Below, piece by piece: positions 48,706 to 58,170 of a stretch of DNA of 64,000 nt. How positions within the stretch are numbered: the first letter of the stretch is position 1; each line of letters begins with the position of its first letter. A program made the translations under genes and the position numbers. Under the pieces are notes generated by a model. The model ran no database searches. It had not been told where the DNA came from and was given only the letters and a program-made list of their open reading frames with translations. The stretch comes from Candidatus Latescibacterota bacterium (GTDB lineage Bacteria; Latescibacterota; UBA2968): assembly GCA_965204375.1 (NCBI GenBank), contig OZ241986.1:3936001-4000000 (forward strand), read 5' to 3'.

Positions 48706-49638
48706 ATGTCTGCCCGTTTAACGAAAATCTCGTATCTCTGCTTTCTCCTCCTCTTCTCTTTTTCCGCAGCAAACGCGACAGAATGGCACAGATTTGAACG
48801 CGATGGCCTCGCCTTACACCTCGCGCATAACAATGCGGTTCGGGCAGGGGAATTGTTGAACGCACTCCTTATTGGACGCAATGAAATCCGGCGCAAACTG
48901 GGCGGTGCCCCCGAAATACCCATAGAGGTTTATCTCGCACCGGACGAAGCTGTTTTTCGAGAATTGACACACGGGCGGTTGCCTCATTGGAGCGCGGGAG
49001 TTGCATTTCTCGAATCGCGCACCATTGTTCTGCAAGCCAGCGCCGACAATTTGCTACAGGTTGCGCGGCACGAATTTGCCCATATATTTTTGCACGCCAT
49101 CGCGCCATCGCGCGTGCCCGTCTGGTTTCACGAAGGCGTGGCGATGTGGGCGTCGCACGAGTGGCGTTTGCGACAAAGCGCGGCTGTGTTTTACGCGGTC
49201 TTTTCCGAAAACTTAATCCCGCTCTCCGAAATTGACGAAGTCCTATCTTTCCCCTCGGCAAAAGCCGACCTGGCCTACACGGAAAGTTTGCTGGCAGTCT
49301 CTTTTTTGATCCGTTTGGGCGGTCCCAATGCCGTAGTCGTCATGCTTTCCGAACTGGAAGCAGATGCGCCCTTTGAAGTCGCACTATTTCGCGTAACTGG
49401 CGAAACGCCCCGCGAATTTGAACGGCGATGGCGCGATGATGTACAGGCGCGATTCAGTCTGATGACACTACTCTTTTCGCCCGATTTGATCTGGCTGTAT
49501 CTCACCTTGCTCTTGCTGCTCGCCTATATATGCGTGAGACTGCGGAATCGCGCGACCTTGCGGCGGTGGGAAGCCGAAGATGCAGCCGAGGAATTGACCT
49601 TACAATTGCGCGTATATCGCCGAGAGGACGAGCAGTGA
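48706..49638 (+). CDS. Peptidase MA-like zinc metallopeptidase
   Basis: 'HEFAH', 'PVWFHEG.A'; signal peptide and C-terminal TM. Confidence 0.8.
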   Translation: MSARLTKISYLCFLLLFSFSAANATEWHRFERDGLALHLAHNNAVRAGELLNALLIGRNEIRRKLGGAPEIPIEVYLAPDEAVFRELTHGRLPHWSAGVAFLESRTIVLQASADNLLQVARHEFAHIFLHAIAPSRVPVWFHEGVAMWASHEWRLRQSAAVFYAVFSENLIPLSEIDEVLSFPSAKADLAYTESLLAVSFLIRLGGPNAVVVMLSELEADAPFEVALFRVTGETPREFERRWRDDVQARFSLMTLLFSPDLIWLYLTLLLLLAYICVRLRNRATLRRWEAEDAAEELTLQLRVYRREDEQ

Positions 49639-50237
49639 TCATAGGCGTAACAGGAGGCATTGGCGCGGGAAAAAGCACCGTATGCGCCGTATTTGAAAAA
49701 GCTGGCGCGCACATAATCGACGCCGATGCAACAGGTCACGAAGTACTCCGCGACCCAATTGTAATTCGCAACCTATCCGATGTGTTTGGACGAGAGATTC
49801 TGGATTCCGACGGACAAATCGCACGCCGGAAATTGGGCAAACGGGCCTTCGCCTCTGACAAAAACCGCGAAAAACTCAACACCATCGTGTGGCAACCGCT
49901 ACGGCAATTGTTGCTGGACAAAATTCACGCCGCTCTGGATAGAGAACCCACACGCCCCGTAGTTGTGGATGCAGCCCTGCTGGTCGAGCGCGGCGATCCG
50001 AAAAAAATCGTCGATGTACTCGTCGTTGTAACAGCCCCCGAATCCTTGCGAATTCAGCGGACAATGGCGCGATTGGGCATCTCCAAAGCCGAAGTTGTGG
50101 CGCGACTATCCGCACAATTGCCCGAAGAAAACAAAGTCGCGGTCGCGGATTTTGTCGTAGTCAATGACAAAACACCCGCCGTGTGTCGCCAGCGCGCGCG
50201 GGCTATTTGGAACAAATTGCAATGTGAGGAGAGATGA
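49635..50237 (+). CDS. coaE: Dephospho-CoA kinase
   Basis: 'IIGVTGGIGAGKST', 'IDAD'; GTG start overlapping the upstream stop. Confidence 0.93.
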   Translation: MIIGVTGGIGAGKSTVCAVFEKAGAHIIDADATGHEVLRDPIVIRNLSDVFGREILDSDGQIARRKLGKRAFASDKNREKLNTIVWQPLRQLLLDKIHAALDREPTRPVVVDAALLVERGDPKKIVDVLVVVTAPESLRIQRTMARLGISKAEVVARLSAQLPEENKVAVADFVVVNDKTPAVCRQRARAIWNKLQCEER

Positions 50238-51565
50238 ATTACACGCCACATACAGAACGCGATATTCAGCACATGCTCAACGTGATCGGAGTAGCATCCA
50301 CTGATGATCTATTTGCCCCCGTTCCCGAATCACTACGTCTGAACACACTCAATTTGCCCCCTGGAATCAGTGAAATGGAAGCGATGGCCTTTGTGCAATC
50401 GCTAACCGATTGTGGGAGCGAGACACCCCTATCGTTTTTGGGCGGAGGTGCTTACGATCACTTTTCGCCGAGCGTGGTCGATGCTATCATTTCGCGAGGC
50501 GAATTTTTTACAGCCTACACGCCCTATCAGCCCGAGGTGAGCCAGGGAACCCTTCGGGCTATTTTTGAATTTCAATCCATGATTTGTGAACTCACCAACA
50601 TGGAAGTCGCCAATGCGTCCATGTACGACGGCGCTTCTGCACTGGCCGAAGCCGTACTTATGTCAGTCCGTCTGAACAACCGTACACGCGTCTTATTGCC
50701 GCGCAGCCTGCATCCATTTTACCGCCAGGTGGTAGCGACCTATGTGCGGGGTATAGACCTCGAACTCGTGGATATTCCCTGGTCTGACTCCGGCGCACTG
50801 GACATGTCCGCTTTGAAGTGCGAATTAAACGACAATACCGCTGCCGTAGTCGTACAAAATCCGAATTTTTTGGGCGTGCTCGAACGCCTGTACGAAATTG
50901 GCGACCTCGTCAACAATACCAGAACAGCTTTTATAGCCTGCGTCAACCCCATATCCCTGAGCGCAATTCGCCCACCGGGCGACTTCGGCGCCGATATTGT
51001 CGTAGGCGATGGACAGCCATTGGGCCTGCCCCTGTCTTACGGGGGTCCTTACGTCGGCTTTTTTGCATCTCGGGAGAGCCATGTGCGAAAAATGCCCGGT
51101 CGCATCTGCGGCCAGACCACCGACGTAGATGGCAAACGCGGCTTTGTACTGACATTGCAAACCCGCGAACAACACATCCGACGCGAACGCGCCACATCGA
51201 ACATCTGCACCAACCAGACCCTTTGTGCAACCGCAGCAACCGTGTACCTATCCTCAATCGGACCGCAGGGCTTCCGCGAAGTTGGCGAACTGAACTGGCA
51301 TCAAAGCCATCGCGCATTGCAGGCGTTGACCGCTTTAGACGGGGTGCGCCAGAAATTCTCCGGTCCAATATTTAACGAATTCGTTCTGGAAACAGACCGC
51401 AAAGCATCCGATATCCTGACCGCTTTGCAACATCGGGGCATTGAAGCCGGCATCGACCTGGGCCGATTTTATCCCGAACTCGAAAATTGTATTCTCACAT
51501 GTGTCACGGAAAAACGCACAGACGCCGACATTGATCGCCTCATCGATGCGTGGAGGACATTGTAA
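50234..51565 (+). CDS. gcvPA: Glycine dehydrogenase subunit 1
   Basis: 'YTPYQPEVSQG', 'NASMYDG', 'TREQHIRRE.ATSNICTNQ'. Confidence 0.96.
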   Translation: MNYTPHTERDIQHMLNVIGVASTDDLFAPVPESLRLNTLNLPPGISEMEAMAFVQSLTDCGSETPLSFLGGGAYDHFSPSVVDAIISRGEFFTAYTPYQPEVSQGTLRAIFEFQSMICELTNMEVANASMYDGASALAEAVLMSVRLNNRTRVLLPRSLHPFYRQVVATYVRGIDLELVDIPWSDSGALDMSALKCELNDNTAAVVVQNPNFLGVLERLYEIGDLVNNTRTAFIACVNPISLSAIRPPGDFGADIVVGDGQPLGLPLSYGGPYVGFFASRESHVRKMPGRICGQTTDVDGKRGFVLTLQTREQHIRRERATSNICTNQTLCATAATVYLSSIGPQGFREVGELNWHQSHRALQALTALDGVRQKFSGPIFNEFVLETDRKASDILTALQHRGIEAGIDLGRFYPELENCILTCVTEKRTDADIDRLIDAWRTL

Positions 51566-53013
51566 TGGATCGCGATATATTGATCTTTGAACGCGGCGCG
51601 CCGGACCGACGCTGTGTCGCATTTCCCGCTGCCGTGGATTCCGGAACAGCAATACCCGAAACCATGCGCCGCGATGTGCCCCCCGGCCTCCCCGAAGTGA
51701 GCGAACTGGAACTCGTGCGCCACTACACCGCGCTTTCACAGATGAACTTCAGCATCGACACGCATTTTTATCCCCTGGGATCCTGCACCATGAAATACAA
51801 TCCCAGAGTACACGAAAAAGCGGCGCGTATCCCGCAGATCGCGGGATTGCATCCCCTATCGGAAAACGCCCAACCCGCCCTGCAAATCTTATGGGAAATG
51901 GAACAAGTACTCAAAGCCGTCAGCGGAATGGATGGATTCACCTTTCAACCCACAGCCGGGGCGCAGGGCGAATTTGTGGGCATATCACTGATCGCCGCCT
52001 ATCACAGGGCACAGGGCAACGCCAAAAAAGTAGTACTCATCCCCGACTCTGCCCACGGCACAAACCCGGCAACCGCAGCAATCTGCGGATATGCAGTACA
52101 GGCAATTAAATCAACAGAACGCGGCACAGTCGATGTAGAAGACCTCAAGACGCACTTGACCGAAGACGTAGCCGGATTGATGTTGACCAACCCCAACACA
52201 TTTGGCGTATTTGAAGACGAAATTGAAGACATCGCCGCGTTAGTACACGACGCGGGCGGCCTATTGTATTACGACGGCGCAAACCTGAATGCCTTTCTGG
52301 GGCAATGTCGCCCCGGCGACATGGGCTTTGACGTTGTACACATCAACCTGCACAAAACATTTACCACGCCCCACGGTGGCGGAGGACCCGGCTCTGGTCC
52401 CGTAGGCGTAACAAAGGCACTCCTGCCATTCTTACCCCTGCCCGTAGTCGCAAAAGAAGGCGATACATTCAAGCTCGACTTTGACCGCCCGGAATCCATC
52501 GGCAAAGTGAGTTCATTCTACGGCAATTTTGGCATGGTCATACGCGCATTGGTCTATGCCAAAATGCTCGGCGCAGAAGGCATGCGCCGCACCAGTGAAA
52601 TGGCCGTCTTGAATGCCAATTACATCGCGGCAAAACTCGACCCCCACTACGACCGCCCCAAAAATGCACAACCCATGCACGAAATGGTATTCTCGGCATC
52701 GCGACAAAAAAAGGCGAACGGGATTACCGCAACCGACATCGCCAAACGGCTGATCGACTACGGCGTCCATCCGCCCACCATTTACTTTCCCCTGCCCAAC
52801 GTAGCACCCGAAACCATGCTCATCGAACCAACCGAAACCGAAAGCCTCGAACAGGTCAACGACTTTATCAAAGCCATGATTCAAATAGCAAAAGAAGCCG
52901 AAGAAAACCCCGACCTGCTCAAAGAAGCCCCCCACGCAACGCCCGTGCGAAGACTGGACGAAGCAACCGCCGCGCGAAAACCCATCCTTCGGTTCAAAAC
53001 CAATAACCCTTGA
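51565..53013 (+). CDS. gcvPB: Glycine dehydrogenase subunit 2
   Basis: 'YPLGSCTMKYNP', 'HGTNPA', 'NLHKTF.TPHGGGGPG'. Confidence 0.96.
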   Translation: MDRDILIFERGAPDRRCVAFPAAVDSGTAIPETMRRDVPPGLPEVSELELVRHYTALSQMNFSIDTHFYPLGSCTMKYNPRVHEKAARIPQIAGLHPLSENAQPALQILWEMEQVLKAVSGMDGFTFQPTAGAQGEFVGISLIAAYHRAQGNAKKVVLIPDSAHGTNPATAAICGYAVQAIKSTERGTVDVEDLKTHLTEDVAGLMLTNPNTFGVFEDEIEDIAALVHDAGGLLYYDGANLNAFLGQCRPGDMGFDVVHINLHKTFTTPHGGGGPGSGPVGVTKALLPFLPLPVVAKEGDTFKLDFDRPESIGKVSSFYGNFGMVIRALVYAKMLGAEGMRRTSEMAVLNANYIAAKLDPHYDRPKNAQPMHEMVFSASRQKKANGITATDIAKRLIDYGVHPPTIYFPLPNVAPETMLIEPTETESLEQVNDFIKAMIQIAKEAEENPDLLKEAPHATPVRRLDEATAARKPILRFKTNNP

Positions 53014-53052
53014 CATATTCAAATACCCAACTATATTCCCTGGGGAATATAG
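53010..53052 (+). promoter_or_regulatory. sigma70-like promoter overlapped by a palindromic operator
   Basis: TTGACA-16 bp-TATATT; perfect inverted repeat CTATATTCCC-TG-GGGAATATAG at 53031-53052. Confidence 0.7.
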
Positions 53053-53078
53053 CTTGTTGATCTCTCCAGGAGCTATCC

Positions 53079-53279
53079 ATGAGCAAGAAAGGCATCTCGC
53101 AAGAACTAATTACAACTCGAGAGGCGGCTGAAAATCTTGGATATACAATTCAGCACACACGCCTGTTGATACGTCGTGGACAAATTGAAGCAACAAAATT
53201 TGGCAGAGATTGGCTGGTCGTGCGCGAATCTGTTGTCGAATATAAGACGGGTGGTGCATCAGACAATCCCGACAAATGA
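53079..53279 (+). CDS. Excisionase-like HTH DNA-binding protein
   Basis: AGGAG RBS; 'ITTREAAE.LGY...R.LIR.GQI.A.KFGRDW'. Confidence 0.85.
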   Translation: MSKKGISQELITTREAAENLGYTIQHTRLLIRRGQIEATKFGRDWLVVRESVVEYKTGGASDNPDK

Positions 53280-53316
53280 GCGGGATAGGTCTGATGAAAT
53301 AGAAAGGAAGGGCATC

Positions 53317-53700
53317 ATGGCAACACTTGAAGAAGTCAAAGAGGAAATAGGGCAACTGCGGCTTGAGCACGGCAACAAGTTGACGCATCTTGAGACAGAA
53401 ATTGGGCAACTGCGACTTGAGCAAGACAACAAGTTGACTCGGCTTGAGACAGAAGTCAAAGAAGAAATAGGACAACTTCGGCTTGAACACGGCACCCAAT
53501 TGACGCGGCTTGAGACATTGGTTGAACCCATGCCAGAACAATTAAAAAAAATTGAAGAAAGCCTGAGAGCACTTGAAAGAAGCCATGCCGAGCACAAAGG
53601 CATGGTAGTCGGCGCGAGATGGATTATCGGAGTTGGGCTTGCAGTGCTGGCGGCCTGTGGTGGCGTTGCCGGTGCTGTTGTCAGCCACGTTTTGAAGTAA
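53317..53700 (+). CDS. Coiled-coil repeat protein with C-terminal TM anchor
   Basis: Three 'EIGQLRLE...LT.LET' repeats and a hydrophobic C-terminus; ATG after AAGGAAGG. Confidence 0.75.
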   Translation: MATLEEVKEEIGQLRLEHGNKLTHLETEIGQLRLEQDNKLTRLETEVKEEIGQLRLEHGTQLTRLETLVEPMPEQLKKIEESLRALERSHAEHKGMVVGARWIIGVGLAVLAACGGVAGAVVSHVLK

Positions 53701-53733
53701 CCCATATAAGAGAGAAGCGTACCGAGGTAACAG

Positions 53734-54588
53734 ATGCATACGAGCAACGTAAAAGCACCACCCCTCAAAATTCAAGGCATCAAAACAAAACTCGTTTCAT
53801 TTATTATGCACAATGTGAAATGGGATGGACAAGGAAGGTGGGTTGAACCATTCTTGGGGTCAGGAGTTGTGGCACTAAACGTCAACCCAGAGAAAGCCCT
53901 GCTCGCAGATACGAATGAACACATCATTCACTTCTATCGCGCCATACAAACTGGCGAAATGAATCCTTATGATTTGCGCTGCTTTTTAGAACGAGAAGGT
54001 AGTGAGCTAAAAGAAAAAGGCCAGGACCACTACTATGAACTGCGTGAACGTTTTAATACACATCACTCACCCTTTGACTTTCTCTTTTTGAATCGCGCGT
54101 GTTTTAACGGCATGATGAGATTCAACTCAAAGGGCAAATTTAACGTGCCTTTTTGCAGAAAACCCGAAAGATTTGCTCAGGCTTATATCACCAAAATATG
54201 CAATCAAGTCGCCTGGGCACTTAAAAAAATAAAGGGAAAAAATTGGCACTTCACGGTTCAGGATTGGCGCGACACCCTCAGCCAAATTGAAGATTCAGAT
54301 TTTGTGTACCTCGATCCGCCTTATAATGACAGACATACAGATTATTACAACCAATGGCGCGACAGCGATGCAGATGGGTTGGCACAAGCAGTCAAAAAGT
54401 TAAAGGCTCCTTTTGCCTACTCGACCTGGAAGCAAAATAAATACCGTACAAATGACCACCTGACAAAGCACTTCTCTGATTTTCCCACAGCAACAAAGGC
54501 GCATTTCTACCATGTCGGATCAAAAGAATCGCTCCGCAACGCGATGGAAGAAGCTCTCGTCATGTCACCAGCAGCTTTTGTTTTTTAA
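53734..54588 (+). CDS. Dam-family N6-adenine DNA methyltransferase, M.EcoRV-like
   Basis: 'PPLK.QGIKTKLV', 'EPFLGSG', 'FNGMMRFNSKG.FNVPFC.KP.RFAQAYITKI', 'DPPY', 'HFYHVG'. Confidence 0.92.
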   Translation: MHTSNVKAPPLKIQGIKTKLVSFIMHNVKWDGQGRWVEPFLGSGVVALNVNPEKALLADTNEHIIHFYRAIQTGEMNPYDLRCFLEREGSELKEKGQDHYYELRERFNTHHSPFDFLFLNRACFNGMMRFNSKGKFNVPFCRKPERFAQAYITKICNQVAWALKKIKGKNWHFTVQDWRDTLSQIEDSDFVYLDPPYNDRHTDYYNQWRDSDADGLAQAVKKLKAPFAYSTWKQNKYRTNDHLTKHFSDFPTATKAHFYHVGSKESLRNAMEEALVMSPAAFVF

Positions 54589-54902
54589 TCGGCGCAAAAA
54601 CTCCAGGCCTCAACCGTACCCTCCTTAATTTTATCCTCAGGTAAGACCCATCTCACTTTGCATCTCGCATATTCCCATTCTCCGGGCAGTTCAAGATTTT
54701 CTGGCATGTTCTTTTTGAACTTATTATGGTAAAATACAGTAAACCCTTCTGGATCGCGGCTCAGCCCTGCCCCGTAGTGATTTTATACGGGGACCACGCC
54801 GCGATGACAGCTTTGCTGATAGGGTTGATTAATGGTATAAGGTTGATGCATTTTCACACTTCTCACTTCCTACTTCACACTTCCCACAAAACAGGTGCTA
54901 TC

Positions 54903-55721
54903 ATGCCCTTCCAATTCACGGAAAAACACATCGCCGATTACCACACCCTCGGCTACACCATATTCCAAGACATCATACCCACAACCCTACTCACAGACCT
55001 TCGCCGCGTCGCTGACAAAGCCAGAGAAATAGCGCGCAAAGTCACCGGTCCCCAGGCGCAGCGCCTCCAGCCCATAGCCAAATACGACCTCGACCAGCGC
55101 CCCTTCAAAAACTACGGCGAACTGCCAGAACTCAACGACGCCATCCACCGAGTCCTCACCCCGCATCACTACCACGCCGACCTCAACCGCACCGGCATCC
55201 TCCTCGAACCCGCCGAATACCCCTGGTGTACGGACTGGCACCGCGACTGGCGCGATCACATGCCCAGAGAAGTCTTTGAATCCGAATTTCGCGAAGAATG
55301 GCAATGGCAATCCTTCCACATCGACTACCAGAACCAGATCAACTGCGCTCTATACGAAGACCCCGCCACCTGGATCGTACCCGGCAGCCACTATCGCCAG
55401 CGCAACCTCCCCGGTGAAATCGCCGCCAAAAACGCCTATGACCGCGACAAATTCCGCAATCAGAGCCCCGTCTCCAACGAACAACAAGAACGCGACTGCC
55501 TCGCCTACACGCGCAACATGCCCGGCGCTGTACAACTGCGCCTCAACGCGGGCGACTTCGCCCTCTACCGCTCCAGTGCCTGGCATCTTGGCAATTATGT
55601 TCCCTACCGCAAACGCGCCACCATCCACGACTTCTGCGGCACACCTGAATATTCCCAACACATCAACGAACGCGTTGAAAGAAAAGAAACAGCCATCAAA
55701 CGCCTCGCCTCTGCGACATAA
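54903..55721 (+). CDS. PhyH-family Fe(II)/2OG dioxygenase
   Basis: 'WHRD', 'IVPGSH', 'L.AGD', 'WH.G'. Confidence 0.88.
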   Translation: MPFQFTEKHIADYHTLGYTIFQDIIPTTLLTDLRRVADKAREIARKVTGPQAQRLQPIAKYDLDQRPFKNYGELPELNDAIHRVLTPHHYHADLNRTGILLEPAEYPWCTDWHRDWRDHMPREVFESEFREEWQWQSFHIDYQNQINCALYEDPATWIVPGSHYRQRNLPGEIAAKNAYDRDKFRNQSPVSNEQQERDCLAYTRNMPGAVQLRLNAGDFALYRSSAWHLGNYVPYRKRATIHDFCGTPEYSQHINERVERKETAIKRLASAT

Positions 55722-55821
55722 ACATATTATGGACGCGGCATATAACAGTTGTCTTTGAATTTTACTCTTCTTAAATTTAGCAATAATTATACAACATACG
55801 TTCACCTACAGGAGCCACGCT

Positions 55822-56592
55822 ATGCAACTCACACCCGAACAAATACGCGAATTTTACGACCGCGGTTACGTCAAAATACCCGGCGCCATATCAAAAGCCA
55901 TGGTCGATACCGCGCGCCAGGCCGTCAACCACTCAATCGGCACCCTGGGCCCAAACGGCGAAGACATGTCCAAACACCGCGCAGCGCAATTTTGTCGCGA
56001 CTTAAACGGCGCCCCGGTTATCATGGACCTCTTCAACGCCAGCCCGGTCACCTCCCTCGCCGAATCGCTCATGGGAGAAGGCAACTTACAAAAACCCATC
56101 AGAGGCGCGCAAGTCGCCCCGCGATTTCCCAACGTAATCGGCAATATCCCACCCGAACCGCGCGGGCATCTCGACGGCATGGGCACTGGCATGAATGGCA
56201 TGCCAAAAGGCGTGTACCGCCGCGGATTCACGGCCTTCGCCGTCATCTACCTCGCCGACGTACCCGAACCCTACAGCGGCAACTTCACCGTCTGGCCCCA
56301 ATCCCATCGCTTCTTTGAAAACTACCTCAAACGCGAGGGCCTCGAAACACTCTCCAGCGGCACCCCGCGCGTTGACCTGCCCGAAGGCCCGGACATGGTC
56401 ACAGGAAACGCCGGTGACCTCGTCATCGCACACCATCAAATGATACACGGCGCATGCCACAATGCCTCACCCAACATACGCTACGCCGCCATCGCGCGCC
56501 TCCGCCACATTGACTGCGACAAAAATGGCAACGACTGCTTCCAGGACATCTGGCGCGAATTTCCCTGCGTGCGCGAAGCCATCGCAGCGTAA
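55822..56592 (+). CDS. PhyH-family dioxygenase
   Basis: 'GHLDG', 'GNFTVWP.SH', 'AGD', 'HG...N.S..IR'. Confidence 0.88.
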   Translation: MQLTPEQIREFYDRGYVKIPGAISKAMVDTARQAVNHSIGTLGPNGEDMSKHRAAQFCRDLNGAPVIMDLFNASPVTSLAESLMGEGNLQKPIRGAQVAPRFPNVIGNIPPEPRGHLDGMGTGMNGMPKGVYRRGFTAFAVIYLADVPEPYSGNFTVWPQSHRFFENYLKREGLETLSSGTPRVDLPEGPDMVTGNAGDLVIAHHQMIHGACHNASPNIRYAAIARLRHIDCDKNGNDCFQDIWREFPCVREAIAA

Positions 56593-56617
56593 ACCATCTC
56601 ACCGGGGGAATAACACC

Positions 56618-57379
56618 ATGTTAAATCAGGCACAAAAACGCCAATTCGCCGAAGAAGGCTACCTCAAAATCCCGGGAGCTGTCCCCAAAAACATGATCGA
56701 AACGTCTCTTCGCGCCGTCAATCATTCCATCGGCAACGTGGGCATTGGCGGCGAAGACCTCTCCAGACACCGCTCCGGATTCTTTTGCGCCGAGCTTCTG
56801 GACGCGCCCTTCATCCTCGACATGTACAACAAAACCCTGGTCATGCAAATAGCCGAATCCCTCATGGGCAAAGGCAACGTCCTCCCCGTTGAACGCGCCA
56901 AAACCTATCCGCGCTTCCCTCTCCCCCTCGGTCAGGAACCATCGCCACCGCGCGGACACATCGACGGCATTGGCAGCGGCACCAACGGCACAGCCAAAGG
57001 CGATTACAAACGCTCATTCACCGCCTTCGCCGTTGTCTATCTCGTCGATGTACCCGAACCCTACAGCGGCAACTTCACCGTCTGGCCCCAATCCCATCGC
57101 TTCTTTGCCGACTACTTTACAAAACACGGCCACGAAGTACTCGCCAACGGCATGCCCCGGCCCGACCTGCCCAAAGATCCCATCATGATCACCGGCAACG
57201 CGGGCGACCTCATCCTCGCACACCACCAGGTCGTTCACGGAGCCTGTCTCAACGCATCGCCCAACGTGCGCCTCGCCACCATCACCCGCCTCAAGCATAA
57301 ACATGCCGACGAAATCGGCAAAGACGCGTACACGGATATCTGGCGAGAATGGTCTGGTGTTCGCGAGGTCCTATCGTAA
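56618..57379 (+). CDS. PhyH-family dioxygenase (paralog of the upstream gene)
   Basis: 'GHIDG', 'GNFTVWP.SH'. Confidence 0.88.
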   Translation: MLNQAQKRQFAEEGYLKIPGAVPKNMIETSLRAVNHSIGNVGIGGEDLSRHRSGFFCAELLDAPFILDMYNKTLVMQIAESLMGKGNVLPVERAKTYPRFPLPLGQEPSPPRGHIDGIGSGTNGTAKGDYKRSFTAFAVVYLVDVPEPYSGNFTVWPQSHRFFADYFTKHGHEVLANGMPRPDLPKDPIMITGNAGDLILAHHQVVHGACLNASPNVRLATITRLKHKHADEIGKDAYTDIWREWSGVREVLS

Positions 57380-57387
57380 AATTCACC

Positions 57388-58170
57388 ATGTCCATCACCA
57401 TCACCGAAGCGCAAAAACAACAATACAAAGACGAAGGCTATTTCATCCTCGAAGCCGTCATACCCGAACACCACCTCGAACTCCTACGAGACGAATGCCA
57501 GACCTTCATCGACACCATGCACGCGCGCATGGATGAACAGGGTACGGACACCATCGGCATCAACCACCGCAACAAACGCTACTTCGTCTCCAACTGCTTT
57601 CGCCAGCAACCCAAACTTCGCACCTTCCTCTTCAGCGATCTCATGGCCAAAATATGCCGTGCCACCCTCGGCGACAACGCGTACCTCTTCTGGGAACAAT
57701 ACGTCGTCAAAGGCGCGGAAACCGGCATGAAATTCTCATGGCATCAGGACTCGGGCTATGTCGGTTATCCCGACCACAAACCGTATCTCACCTGCTGGTG
57801 TGCGCTTGACGACATGAACGAAGAAAACGGCACCATCCACCTCCTGCCCTATTCGCGCAGCGGCATTCGCTCGTGGGTACACCACATCGTCGAAGAAGGC
57901 AGCAATGACAAAGTCGGCTACTTTGGCAAAGACCCCGGCCTCATTGCAGAAGTACCCGCAGGCAGCATTGTCGCCTTCTCCAGCATCGTCTTCCACAGCA
58001 GCAGCACCAACACCACCCCAAAACTGCGCCGCGCTTACCTGGGCCAATACTCCTGCGAACCCATCCTATCATCCGACGGCAGCAAACTCTGGGGCAACGC
58101 CGAACCCTTCCTCCGCAATGGCAAATCCACAGTCGGTGAACCCCCACCCGACTTGCCGCTCGACGACTAA
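57388..58170 (+). CDS. PhyH-family dioxygenase
   Basis: 'WHQDSGY', 'W.ALDD..EENG', 'HSS..N.T...RR'. Confidence 0.92.
   Translation: MSITITEAQKQQYKDEGYFILEAVIPEHHLELLRDECQTFIDTMHARMDEQGTDTIGINHRNKRYFVSNCFRQQPKLRTFLFSDLMAKICRATLGDNAYLFWEQYVVKGAETGMKFSWHQDSGYVGYPDHKPYLTCWCALDDMNEENGTIHLLPYSRSGIRSWVHHIVEEGSNDKVGYFGKDPGLIAEVPAGSIVAFSSIVFHSSSTNTTPKLRRAYLGQYSCEPILSSDGSKLWGNAEPFLRNGKSTVGEPPPDLPLDD

Noticed and set aside
53079-53279. Prophage or integrative element implied by the excisionase-like gene
   Set aside because: No integrase, att sites or phage genes nearby.
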